Part shown: positions 29,880 to 39,735 of the stretch, piece after piece
Layout: each line of letters starts with the position of its first letter
Position numbering within the stretch: position 1 is the stretch's first letter
Source of the DNA: Candidatus Latescibacterota bacterium
Lineage (GTDB): Bacteria; Latescibacterota; UBA2968; GCA-2709665
DNA length: 64,000 bases
Direction of reading: 5' to 3'
Assembly: GCA_965248435.1 (NCBI GenBank)
Contig: OZ252100.1
Span: forward strand, 1,664,001-1,728,000
Translations under genes and position numbers: made by a program
The notes under the pieces: generated by a model
Told to the model about the DNA's origin: nothing
What the model saw: the letters and a program-made list of their open reading frames with translations, nothing else
The model's database searches: none

Positions 29880-31241
29880 ATGTCTGAACCCTGCCTCCAA
29901 TCGGCAAAGGATCTGATCGACCAGGTCTGTTCCCACAGGATGAGCGTTCGAGAAGTGGTCGAATCCCATCTTGATCGGATATCGCTGCTTGACGAGTCTG
30001 TCGAGGCCTGGGCGTGGTTGGATACGAACAGAGCCCTGGTCAACGCCGATAGAATTGACAGAGAAATCGCTGACGGATCCTTTCGAGGTGACCTCTTCGG
30101 AGTTCCTGTTGGGATCAAAGATATCTTCAATACTGAGGATATGCCGACCGGGATGGGAAGTCCCATTTGGGAGGGATTTACTGCTGGTAACGATGCCAGA
30201 GTGGTGTTCTACCTTCGGCGTCAAGGAGGCATCTTTCCTGGAAAGACGGTAACGGCAGAGTTTGCCGTTCAAGCCCCCGGAAAGACGAGGAATCCACATA
30301 ATTCTGAATATTCACCGGGCACCTCGTCGAGCGGCTCTGCCGCAGCCGTAGCAAGCTGCATGGTCCCGTTGGCTATCGGCACCCAGACCGCCGGATCTAT
30401 CTGCCGTCCCGCCAGCTATTGTGGCGTCTATGGATTCAAGCCTTCCTTCGGTCTGGTTCCGCGAACCGGTGTCCTGAAGACAACCGACACAATGGATACC
30501 GTCGGGGGCTTCGCTAGAACGCCCGAGGACCTTCGCATCCTGTTTGATGTCATTCGGGTGCACGGGGCAAACTTCCCCATCGGCTTCGAGGCCTTATCCG
30601 ATCCATCACGCCAGGAAAGAGGAGATCGTCCGTGGCGGATTGCCGTCGATTCACACTTGAATGAGCGTTTCAGCCTTCCTTACGCTTACGAAGCCCTCCT
30701 ATTGCTGCTGGACGAAATCGAAGGCCACCCGGAAGTCGAACTCTACGAAAGGCCTCTGCCGGAGCTGTTCAATCATGCCCACGAAATCCATACAACCATC
30801 TACGAAAAGTGCCTCTCCTACTACTTCAAGAAGGAGTTTGGCGACACAGAATTCATAAGCCCCATTATCCACGAGATGATCGATCGCGGAAGCTGCGTGT
30901 CCGTGGAAGACTATGAACGGGCGCTGTCACGTCAGATCGAAATGTCGCGAATGCTGGACGAGTATTTCTCAGACATCGACGCGATTCTCACGCTTACGAC
31001 TCAGGGCATCGCTCCAAAGTACTCGGAGCCGGACCTCCCTGATACCTGTTTGACGTGGACGCTGTGCGGTGCGCCGGTCGCAAGCATTCCGATCTTTCGG
31101 GGCCCCGACTCCATGCCATTTGGCCTTCAAGCCGTCGGCAGGAAGTATAACGACTACCTGCTGCTCAAGTTCGCTGAGTTTGCATCCACAATCAGGCCTG
31201 CGCTGGAGCCAATCATTGCGAACACGACGGCGGCTGCATAA
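29880..31241 (+). CDS. Amidase-signature family enzyme (GatA-like)
   Basis: VGIKD, PGTSSSGSAAAVA, GTQTAGSICRPAS (Lys-cisSer-Ser triad). Confidence 0.88.
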   Translation: MSEPCLQSAKDLIDQVCSHRMSVREVVESHLDRISLLDESVEAWAWLDTNRALVNADRIDREIADGSFRGDLFGVPVGIKDIFNTEDMPTGMGSPIWEGFTAGNDARVVFYLRRQGGIFPGKTVTAEFAVQAPGKTRNPHNSEYSPGTSSSGSAAAVASCMVPLAIGTQTAGSICRPASYCGVYGFKPSFGLVPRTGVLKTTDTMDTVGGFARTPEDLRILFDVIRVHGANFPIGFEALSDPSRQERGDRPWRIAVDSHLNERFSLPYAYEALLLLLDEIEGHPEVELYERPLPELFNHAHEIHTTIYEKCLSYYFKKEFGDTEFISPIIHEMIDRGSCVSVEDYERALSRQIEMSRMLDEYFSDIDAILTLTTQGIAPKYSEPDLPDTCLTWTLCGAPVASIPIFRGPDSMPFGLQAVGRKYNDYLLLKFAEFASTIRPALEPIIANTTAAA

Positions 31242-31262
31242 ACCGCTGTAGAAGAGGAGCCG

Positions 31263-31814
31263 ATGGATTTAAAGTTCCTGGAGACCCAACGTCTGATTCT
31301 ACGGGGCCTTTGTTCTACCGATGCAAATCAGGAGTACCTTGCCTGGTTGAACGACCCCGACGTCCTGAGGTTCCGTGGGCCAAAGGCCTATCCAAGTGAC
31401 ATCGATGGACTCAAAGCATACATCGAGGGTATATCAGGCCGCGGCGATCTGGTGCTTGCCATCTGTCTCAAGAGCGGCGGAAGACACATCGGGAATATCG
31501 CTCTGAATACGATTCAGTGGATTCACCGATCGGCAGAATTGTCTATGATGATCGGTGCGAAAGATGTATGGGGTCAGGGTTATGCAAAGGAGGCGATTCA
31601 CGCAGTGTGTGGTCACGCGATCTTGTCAATGGGACTGTGTCGGGTTTGGGCGGAATCACCGAATCCAGCGTTCAATCGAGCCGTTGAATCCCTAGGCTGG
31701 AAGCACGAAGGAACGAAGCGAGACGCCTTCCTTCTGGACGGCAAGCTTATCAATATCAAGTGCTACAGTATCCTGAAGCGGGAGTTTGCTCCTCGGCCTG
31801 AGTTCGCTCCATGA
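31263..31814 (+). CDS. GNAT N-acyltransferase (RimJ/RimL type)
   Basis: ETQRLILR, WLNDP, HIGNI, WGQGYA, EG..R. Confidence 0.85.
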   Translation: MDLKFLETQRLILRGLCSTDANQEYLAWLNDPDVLRFRGPKAYPSDIDGLKAYIEGISGRGDLVLAICLKSGGRHIGNIALNTIQWIHRSAELSMMIGAKDVWGQGYAKEAIHAVCGHAILSMGLCRVWAESPNPAFNRAVESLGWKHEGTKRDAFLLDGKLINIKCYSILKREFAPRPEFAP

Positions 31815-33385
31815 TTACGACCACGATCGATGGCGGCTGTTTCGCTGGTCACGATACAGAAACGGGATTCACCTACCCGGTAGATGCCCTGCTGAGGGAC
31901 TTCGACCGCATTGGAATTTCCAGCGGGCTAGTCTCATCTTATCGAAGCATTTATTACGACATTTGGGAGGGGAATCGCGAAGCTGCGCGATGGGCGGACA
32001 AGGCCGGAGGTCGACTGCTCCCGCTAGGTGTCGTTAATCCCTGCCAATACGGTCATCCTCCTGAAAAGATCCTTGCCTGGCTGAAGCAAGAATTGAAATG
32101 CCCAGCGGTATCGGTACTGAATATTGCGCGAGAGTCCGCTATAGACTGGGAGTCTCCCGCCGTTCGCGCCATAGGGGAAGCTGCAGAGCGACTGAAGATC
32201 CCCCTGCAGGCTGGAATCCAATCTGAGCGTGAGCTTGCTGGCGTGGAGCGTTCCTGGGGAAGCCTTAATATTCCGGTCTTGATCCGCTGGATGGCGGGAC
32301 ACAGGTACAAGTCGATCGCTTCTGAGTTGGCCGTTGCACACTCGTGCGCGAATTTCCTTTTCGATGTTGGCAATCTGAGTTCAAATGGATCCCTAGAGTT
32401 CATGGCCGATCAGATCGGGACGAACCGACTTTTCTGGGCTTCAAACGCCCCACACAATATACCGGACTGCCCGGCTGCCATGCTTAAGGAAGCAGACCTC
32501 GCGGCCTCGCAGCGGATGGAGATCGGATGCGGGACGTTGTCGACTGCACTTGGCCTCGATTCGCTCACTCCCTCGCTCGCTTGTCGCGAAGACGTAGCCA
32601 GCTGGGAGCGAATCCTGAACACGCCAAAAGTTGACATCCACTGGCACCCAGACCACTGGAACCTGGGCGAGCCGCATCTGGCAGACGAGGACCAGATCGC
32701 AACCTTCGATCGATATGCATATCAAAAGGTGATCCTTTTCTCCATCCTCGGACTCACATATGATTTCCAGGCTGGAAACAGGCAAAGCGAAACCTGGTTT
32801 GAAAAGGACCCTCGCGTATTCGGGCTCGTTGTCGTCAACCCAAAGCATCCGCGAGAGAGCATACAAGAGATCTATCGGCGTTCAAAGCATCCCCGATTCG
32901 TGGGTATCAAGACGATCCAAGACGTCTTCGGCCTGACCCTTGACGACCCGGAATATGGCCCGATTCTGGATGCGGCTGCCGATGTGAACCTCCCTATTCT
33001 GGCCCATCTCCCTGGTTTGGGTCGGTCTGCTCAGCGTTATCCAGAAGTAACATTCGTGGCCGCCCATTCGAACTGGGGCCGAGCGCAGAATCTGATTCCA
33101 TTAAAGAATGTTTGTTTCGATTTTTCGACAGGACACGCGCTACGCCACGAGAGCCAGCTACGGCGTTTTATTGATTCCGTCGGTCCACGCCGTGTACTTT
33201 TCGGTTCCGACGGGCAAGTCGTTGCCCCTCAATGGTCTCTAGCGAAGTTGAAATCTGCGAATCTTCCTCCTGAAGAGGAGTCTTTGATCCTCCGGGAGAA
33301 TGCCTACCGCATCTTTCCGAAACTTCGGGCAATCGGAAGATCCAAATCTGCCTGTCTGCATCCTGGGCTGTTATCCTCTAGCTAG
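31811..33385 (+). CDS. Tandem-domain amidohydrolase-2 family protein
   Basis: Two similar TIM-barrel halves; the C-terminal half has VDIHWH, LAH, AAH, LFGSD, ENA. Confidence 0.7.
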   Translation: MITTTIDGGCFAGHDTETGFTYPVDALLRDFDRIGISSGLVSSYRSIYYDIWEGNREAARWADKAGGRLLPLGVVNPCQYGHPPEKILAWLKQELKCPAVSVLNIARESAIDWESPAVRAIGEAAERLKIPLQAGIQSERELAGVERSWGSLNIPVLIRWMAGHRYKSIASELAVAHSCANFLFDVGNLSSNGSLEFMADQIGTNRLFWASNAPHNIPDCPAAMLKEADLAASQRMEIGCGTLSTALGLDSLTPSLACREDVASWERILNTPKVDIHWHPDHWNLGEPHLADEDQIATFDRYAYQKVILFSILGLTYDFQAGNRQSETWFEKDPRVFGLVVVNPKHPRESIQEIYRRSKHPRFVGIKTIQDVFGLTLDDPEYGPILDAAADVNLPILAHLPGLGRSAQRYPEVTFVAAHSNWGRAQNLIPLKNVCFDFSTGHALRHESQLRRFIDSVGPRRVLFGSDGQVVAPQWSLAKLKSANLPPEEESLILRENAYRIFPKLRAIGRSKSACLHPGLLSSS

Positions 33386-33413
33386 TTCTCTTACCTAGTC
33401 CTGGCCTACTATC

Positions 33414-34133
33414 ATGAACCGCATTGGACTCCTGACTACCCGAAGTAACCCGTTAATACCCTATTTTCTAGAAAAGTTTGAGGATTTATCGGACTTCGAG
33501 CCTGTGCTTATTTTCGATAAGAAAGGCTTTTCCGAAAAGGACAGTGAGATCTTTAGAGGCCGTACGCAAGGTAGGTTCCCCGAGCAACCTATCGACCCTT
33601 ATCTCAGAAAGTACCATTGGTGCACGGTCCCGAATCATAACGGAAAGATTTGCAGGACACAGATTAGGGAACTTGAACTAGGTCTCCTCGTGAATGCGGG
33701 TACGCCTCGAATTCTAAAATCTGATCTACTTGAAAATTTGTCCATCGGTGTTCTCAACGTCCACCCTGGAATCCTCCCGAAATACCGCGGAGCCACGTGC
33801 TGTGAGTGGGCAATCTACTACGACGATCCAGTGGGTGTTACCGCCCATTTCATGGATTCTGGAATCGACACCGGTGCGATCATCTTGATCCGTGAATTGC
33901 CAATGACAAGAAAGCAGAATTACTCCGACCTGAGAGCCTCACTATACCATCTTGCTCACGATGTTCGAATAGAAGCAATTCAGAAGATCTTCGCAGAAAA
34001 GCTCACTCCCGAAAGACTCTCTCCCCAGCCTTCGGGTTCATCGTTCAAGCCAATTCCCGACTCCCTGTTAGAGGTCGTGAAAGAAAAGGTGGCTACGGGA
34101 GAATATCAACCGATTCGGGCCGATGTAATATGA
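33414..34133 (+). CDS. Formyltransferase family protein (sugar N-formyltransferase-like)
   Basis: LNVHPGILPKYRG, GVTAHFMDSGIDTG. Confidence 0.8.
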   Translation: MNRIGLLTTRSNPLIPYFLEKFEDLSDFEPVLIFDKKGFSEKDSEIFRGRTQGRFPEQPIDPYLRKYHWCTVPNHNGKICRTQIRELELGLLVNAGTPRILKSDLLENLSIGVLNVHPGILPKYRGATCCEWAIYYDDPVGVTAHFMDSGIDTGAIILIRELPMTRKQNYSDLRASLYHLAHDVRIEAIQKIFAEKLTPERLSPQPSGSSFKPIPDSLLEVVKEKVATGEYQPIRADVI

Positions 34134-35200
34134 AGATACTTGTTGGGGCCGGTGATGCAGGAGGTGCCCGTGCCGTAGAGCCAGTGATCGAATATCTGCG
34201 GTCCGCACAGAGGGCTCGCGTCGACTGCGGTGCCTATCGGGCCGCCTACAGATTATGGTCTGATGCCGGTCTAAATCCGTTGCAAATGGCCGGATTCGAC
34301 CCGAGAAGCTACGACCGCATCCTCGTTGGCACCTCCGTCTCATCCGAACAATTGGAACTGGAGTTGATCCGAAGGGCTTCCAGATGTGGAGTCCGGACTC
34401 TCAGCGTGCTCGACTTCTGGTCAAATTATCGCGAAAGGTTCACAGATTCGGAAGGGCAGTGCGTATTACCGGACGCTATTGCTGTAATGGATTCACAATC
34501 TCAGAAGGCCATGGTCCGGGAAGGATTTCCCTCCGATCGCCTCCACGTCACGGGTAATCCTGCCTTCGACGATCTGGTCAGGTTCCAAATTTCTGGAGCC
34601 AGGGAATTGTCTAGAAAGAGGATCCGATCGATTGCGGGATGTGCTTCTAACTCCGTTTGTTTGCTCTTTGTCTCACAGCCTTTGTCTGAATTGTACCCAA
34701 AAGGGGAGCTGGGATTCCAAGAAGAGGAAGTCCTGAGGGATGTCGTGAATCAGTTGGATCGAATTTTTTCCGAACGGACGTTGAACGGCGTTTTGCTTTT
34801 AAAGCCTCATCCAAGGGAAGCTGAATACTACTCCTTGCCGCCTTTGAGTCCGACCTCGCACCTTAAGGTTAAGGTGCTGCGGAATCCAGATGTTGGGTCG
34901 CGAGAAGCAACCCTGGGATGCGATCTAGTCGTAGGAATGAATTCGATGGTACTGATGGAAGCCTGCCTGCTCGGTCGACCCGTCGTGAGCTATCAACCCG
35001 GATTGAAAGTGCCAGATCTATTGCCTTCGAACGCTTTGGGCTGGAGCCGGGCGATCTACTGTCGAGATTCCCTGCATGACGCCCTGGTCGCTGAACTCGA
35101 ATCCAGCCAAACGCCCGGCACGCCCAGGCAAACCTTGCCGGGTTCGCCTCCATTAGGTACATCAACCCTTAACGTGGCAAACCTACTTCTCCACAACTGA
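34130..35200 (+). CDS. GT-B-fold glycan biosynthesis protein (possible ulosonate transferase)
   Basis: DAGGA, LDFWSNY, VTGNPAFD, KPHPRE, SMVLMEA; the HP motif is typical of CMP-sugar-using GT-B enzymes. Confidence 0.55.
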   Translation: MKILVGAGDAGGARAVEPVIEYLRSAQRARVDCGAYRAAYRLWSDAGLNPLQMAGFDPRSYDRILVGTSVSSEQLELELIRRASRCGVRTLSVLDFWSNYRERFTDSEGQCVLPDAIAVMDSQSQKAMVREGFPSDRLHVTGNPAFDDLVRFQISGARELSRKRIRSIAGCASNSVCLLFVSQPLSELYPKGELGFQEEEVLRDVVNQLDRIFSERTLNGVLLLKPHPREAEYYSLPPLSPTSHLKVKVLRNPDVGSREATLGCDLVVGMNSMVLMEACLLGRPVVSYQPGLKVPDLLPSNALGWSRAIYCRDSLHDALVAELESSQTPGTPRQTLPGSPPLGTSTLNVANLLLHN

Positions 35201-35210
35201 TAGGATCGCT

Positions 35211-36470
35211 ATGAGCGCGAAGCATCTGGCCATTCTGGGCGGCAGCCCGATTCGAACCAAACCGTTCCCAGCCTACAATACGATTGGACCCGAGGAGAAA
35301 CAGGCCGTCAACAGGGTTCTTGACAGTGGCGTTCTCTCAGAATTTCTCGGCACCTGGAGCTCTGGCTTCTACGGCGGTCCCTACGTACGGAAACTTGAGG
35401 AGGAGTGGGCTGCAAGGTTTGGAGTCAAACACGCGATCAGCGTCAACTCCGCAACCTCCGGACTCTACGCGGCAGTGGCAGCCTCAGGTGTGGGCCCCGG
35501 TGACGAAGTCATTGTATCACCATACACAATGTCGTCCTCTGCCGTTGGGGCTCTAATCTACGGGGCGACACCAGTATTTGCCGATATCGACCCCGAGACC
35601 TACTGCATCTCAGCCGACACGATCCGTAAGGTGCTCACTCCGCGAACCAAAGCGGTCATAGTCGTTGACCTGTTTGGCCATCCTGCTGACTATGACGAAA
35701 TCAATCAGATCGCTCGGGAGCAGAACCTGGTGGTCATTGAAGATGCCGCGCAGGCACCGGCAGCGAGCTACAAAGGCCGTTGGGCTGGGTGTCTGGGGCA
35801 TATCGGGGTGTTCAGTCTGAATTACCACAAGACAATACAATGCGGTGAAGGCGGAATCGTCGTTACGAACGACGACAAACTCGCAGACCGCGTTTGCCTG
35901 GTCCGCAACCACGGAGAGACAGTCGTTGAGGACAAAGGTGCAACCGATCTGGCCAATCTGATCGGATACAACTACCGGATGACGGAAATCGAAGCGGCAA
36001 TCTCCGCCGAGCAATTAAAGAAGCTCGATTATCTCACGGAACGCCGGGTTGAAGCGGCACAGTGGCTTTCCGATCGGTGGGGGGACATCCCAGGAATCAC
36101 ACCTGCCTCTGTACGAAAAGACTGTCGCCACGTGTATTACCTCCTCGCACTCCAGTTCGAAGAGGAAGTTGTGGGTGTTCCTAGAGACCGCTTCGTAGAG
36201 GCGGTGTGTGCTGAGGGGGTCCCATTCTCCGTCGGTTACGTCAAACCCCTTTACCTTCAGCCGATCTACCAACAGCGAGCCTTCCACTCTGGACGAGACG
36301 CCGGGTCAGTTTCCTACGACCCGGGGATCTGTCCGACCGCAGAAGCTATGCACTACGACAAGGTGATGTATACCATGATGATCCACGCGAATCTCTCCCG
36401 GTTGGACCTGGAAGATGTCGCGCGGGCCGTTGAAAAGGTCGCACTTGAGTCCAGATCGCTTGCGGCTTAG
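35211..36470 (+). CDS. DegT/DnrJ/EryC1/StrS PLP aminotransferase
   Basis: NSATSGL, EDAAQA, SLNYHKTIQCGEGG, GYNYRM. Confidence 0.9.
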   Translation: MSAKHLAILGGSPIRTKPFPAYNTIGPEEKQAVNRVLDSGVLSEFLGTWSSGFYGGPYVRKLEEEWAARFGVKHAISVNSATSGLYAAVAASGVGPGDEVIVSPYTMSSSAVGALIYGATPVFADIDPETYCISADTIRKVLTPRTKAVIVVDLFGHPADYDEINQIAREQNLVVIEDAAQAPAASYKGRWAGCLGHIGVFSLNYHKTIQCGEGGIVVTNDDKLADRVCLVRNHGETVVEDKGATDLANLIGYNYRMTEIEAAISAEQLKKLDYLTERRVEAAQWLSDRWGDIPGITPASVRKDCRHVYYLLALQFEEEVVGVPRDRFVEAVCAEGVPFSVGYVKPLYLQPIYQQRAFHSGRDAGSVSYDPGICPTAEAMHYDKVMYTMMIHANLSRLDLEDVARAVEKVALESRSLAA

Positions 36471-36490
36471 CGTAAAGGAACGTTCGAGCC

Positions 36491-38371
36491 TTGGCTACGA
36501 ATCTCATCGTCTATAGGTATTTGGGGCCGAAACAGGTCCGCGAGGCTAGGAGGAAGCTAAGACAGAGCTGGCGAGTTTGCTACCTGCAAGCGGATCCCAA
36601 AGTTGCTAGCAAAGAATTCGAAGCGCTTCCAAAACCTCGGGGGATTTGGCCCGGCGCACCCCTGATTAGCCTTGTTGAGTCTCTTTGCCAAGATTTGGTG
36701 AATGGGAGTCGACATCTCCGGTGGGCCGAACGCCAGTATGGTTCAAAGGAAATCGGAATCGCCTTTCGGCGTCGAATCATGGAGGGCCTCCTGAAACTCT
36801 TCCGAGTTCTGGACAGCATCCAGCAGGTTGCTCCGGAGCCTGACACGACGATTCACCTCCGCGCAAACGGGCTCCGGCAGTCGAAGTCTTGGGACCCTCT
36901 GATCCCTCAGTTCCTTGATCTCGTCCGTTCCGGTAGCCTGGGCATCAGCCCCGAAATTCCTCTGCCGCTTTCCGACCTCGTTCACCGGCTATGGGTGGCT
37001 GAAGCTCCCGCTTGGCAGCGACTCCTTGCCGATCTTGCCATCTCGACAACTTTTCTTGTTCGTCGTGTGAGACTCAGAAACATGCCCCGCAAGCATTTTC
37101 ATCTTGCAATAAAGACTTCTCTCCACGACTGGGGCGTATCGGAAGAGTGCTCACAACCCCGATCCCGCGTGGTCGACTTTATCTGCGATGGGGAGTCTTT
37201 TCACCCCAACAACACGATGATCTGGGCGGAGGGAGATGTTCCAACGGCTCGGCTTGCTGCACTTCGAAGCAGGGGATATGAGGTGGCTTCGGCCTCAAAC
37301 ATCTGTTTTGATCCAAGAGTAGCAGTGCAAGCCCTTCCCGTACTGTTTCGATTCCTCCTTTACCGATTGGCCTCCGGATTCAGTCGTTCGTTCGCCTGTC
37401 TGGCATGTCGCGATCTCTACCAAGCCTATCTTCAAACGGTTGCACTTGGTGAATACTTCTCACCGAAATACCTTCTGGTTTACAACGACCTGACAACCGC
37501 TTCTGTAGCAAGAACGCTGGTCCTTCGAAAAACGGGTTGCAGGTCTGTATTTTACGAGCATTCCAGTCATAGCTTGATCCAAGGCGTTGAGCCCGACTTG
37601 TCTTACCTGCTCTACGACGCGGTCGCTACGTGGGGTCCAGCTATGAGTCGGTACTTCCAAAGACCGCCGGGGAACTTCGGTGAAACCTGGGAAGTGGGGT
37701 GCATATGGTCTGAGCATGCCCGAAGGCTTCGCGAGGACGATGATCTTAGGAAGATTCACACAGATGTTGCCTCCAGTCTCAAGGGTCTGTGCGGTCCTTC
37801 CAGAGGTCCAGTCGTAAGCATCTTTGATACAAACCCGAATCCTGTGATATTCCATCGTTCAGACCTGGTCCAGCTTCTCAATGACATCGAATGGTTGGCC
37901 TCTGAGTTCCCTGAGTTGACATTTCTCTACAAACCAAAGCTTGATGCGACGTACTTACACGATAAATTCAGCGTCGACGTAAATGTGAAGCTTAGGGACC
38001 TTCAGGCTGTCTCCAATATTGTGGTCCTCTCAGCCCAGTTCGAAACATCAGCCGCAGTTGCTTTGGCGGATCTTACCATCTCTACATGTTTCACATCCAC
38101 GGCCGTTGAATCCATCGGATGTGGAGTCAAGGCGCTGTATTACGACATCTTCGACAGGAGTGGTCCGGAAAGTGAATGGGGTGCATTCTGGCATAAATTC
38201 CCTGAATTCGTGTGCCGAAATAGAGATCAACTTAAGGCACGAATCCATAAGTTGATGTATGAAATGACGGATAAGGAATATCAGACGTACCTGAATCGTT
38301 ACCTGGATGATGTGGAGGGTTTTTTCGATGGCCGCGCGATCACACGTCTTCGGAAGAAGCTGTCCGCCTAA
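36491..38371 (+). CDS. Polysaccharide biosynthesis protein, PFTS-motif-like (putative ulosonate transferase)
   Basis: C-terminal GT-B-like region with YEHS, YKPK, STCFTSTAVE, FDG.A..RLR. Confidence 0.55.
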   Translation: MATNLIVYRYLGPKQVREARRKLRQSWRVCYLQADPKVASKEFEALPKPRGIWPGAPLISLVESLCQDLVNGSRHLRWAERQYGSKEIGIAFRRRIMEGLLKLFRVLDSIQQVAPEPDTTIHLRANGLRQSKSWDPLIPQFLDLVRSGSLGISPEIPLPLSDLVHRLWVAEAPAWQRLLADLAISTTFLVRRVRLRNMPRKHFHLAIKTSLHDWGVSEECSQPRSRVVDFICDGESFHPNNTMIWAEGDVPTARLAALRSRGYEVASASNICFDPRVAVQALPVLFRFLLYRLASGFSRSFACLACRDLYQAYLQTVALGEYFSPKYLLVYNDLTTASVARTLVLRKTGCRSVFYEHSSHSLIQGVEPDLSYLLYDAVATWGPAMSRYFQRPPGNFGETWEVGCIWSEHARRLREDDDLRKIHTDVASSLKGLCGPSRGPVVSIFDTNPNPVIFHRSDLVQLLNDIEWLASEFPELTFLYKPKLDATYLHDKFSVDVNVKLRDLQAVSNIVVLSAQFETSAAVALADLTISTCFTSTAVESIGCGVKALYYDIFDRSGPESEWGAFWHKFPEFVCRNRDQLKARIHKLMYEMTDKEYQTYLNRYLDDVEGFFDGRAITRLRKKLSA

Positions 38372-38538
38372 ACGGAGCAATCAGATTTAATGACGGTCTG
38401 GGCATGTGCATGGAGAAGTATGCTCTGATTCAGGGAGTCGGCCGATTGCTGCTCAGACAATCGAACGAGTAAACTGATCATCGACATCGCAAGGCTACGC
38501 CCAGGCAACAATTGCGAGTCTGAAGGAAGCATAGAAAC

Positions 38539-39591
38539 ATGAGGGATACAGTCAGAATCGGAATACGGGAGGTTGGTGAACACAACCCGTGCTTCATCAT
38601 AGCCGAAGCAGGTGTGAACCACAATGGTGACCTTCAACTGGCTAGGCATCTTGTAGATGTTGCCGCAGCGGCCGGCGCGGATGCCGTGAAATTTCAAACA
38701 TTCAAGGCGACAGGCGTAGCATCATCTGATGCGCCTAAAGCGGCTTATCAGCACGCAACGACAGATGGCTCTGAATCCCAGCTGCAAATGCTGAGACGTC
38801 TGGAGCTTTCCCTAAATGACCATCGTGAACTCATGAACCACTGCCGCGAGCGCAATATCCTTTTTATGTCCACCCCATTCGACTACGAAAGTGCTGACAT
38901 CTTGTCCGATTTGGACATGCCGGTCACAAAAGTTGGTTCAGGTGAAGTGAACAACCTTCCCTTTCTCTCTCACGTGGCCAAGAAGGGAAAACCTGTCATC
39001 CTTTCTACGGGCATGTCATACCTGGGCGAGGTCGACCGGGCGATACAAACAATTCTTGCGACTGGTAACGATAAAATCATCCTTCTCCATTGTGTTACGA
39101 ATTATCCTGCGGATCCCGCCGATGCGAACTTGAAAGCGATGCAGACAATGGCGTCTGCGTTTCGGTGCCCCGTGGGGTATTCCGACCATACCGAGGGTAT
39201 GGAAATTCCAATAGCCGCCGTTGCCCTCGGTGCATCTGTCATTGAAAAGCACATCACACTAGACAGGAACCTTCCTGGACCCGACCACGCAAGTTCTATG
39301 GAACCTGACGCGTTCGAATCACTCGTGGCCAAGATACGCATTGTTGAAGCCGGGCTCGGTCTTGGAGAAAAGCGACCCGCCACCTCTGAGGCAGAAACGA
39401 GAAAAATCGTGCGCCGCAGCCTTGCAGTTTGTAACGACGTGGAGACGGGGGCGATCCTCCGAGAAGGCGACCTTACAGCGCTGCGCCCTGGGACTGGAAT
39501 TCCCCCGGAGTTCGTTGGACAAGTCGTCGGTCGACGTCTCGCGCGATCTGTCGATGCGGGCTCTCTTTTGACTTGGAATGATCTGATATGA
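38539..39591 (+). CDS. neuB: N-acetylneuraminate/legionaminate synthase
   Basis: IIAEAGVNHNG, KFQTF, STPFD, LHCVTNYP, GYSDHT, PGPDH, RPGTG. Confidence 0.92.
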   Translation: MRDTVRIGIREVGEHNPCFIIAEAGVNHNGDLQLARHLVDVAAAAGADAVKFQTFKATGVASSDAPKAAYQHATTDGSESQLQMLRRLELSLNDHRELMNHCRERNILFMSTPFDYESADILSDLDMPVTKVGSGEVNNLPFLSHVAKKGKPVILSTGMSYLGEVDRAIQTILATGNDKIILLHCVTNYPADPADANLKAMQTMASAFRCPVGYSDHTEGMEIPIAAVALGASVIEKHITLDRNLPGPDHASSMEPDAFESLVAKIRIVEAGLGLGEKRPATSEAETRKIVRRSLAVCNDVETGAILREGDLTALRPGTGIPPEFVGQVVGRRLARSVDAGSLLTWNDLI

Positions 39592-39735
39592 GAACGATCG
39601 GCATCGTCACCGGTGCACGCTCTGATTATGGGATCTTCCTCCCTCTTTTGAAGGCGATTAAAAGGGATCCAGAGCTAGAGATGTGCTTGATCGTAACCGG
39701 CACACATCTCCTTCCTGAATTCGGGTATTCCGTAA

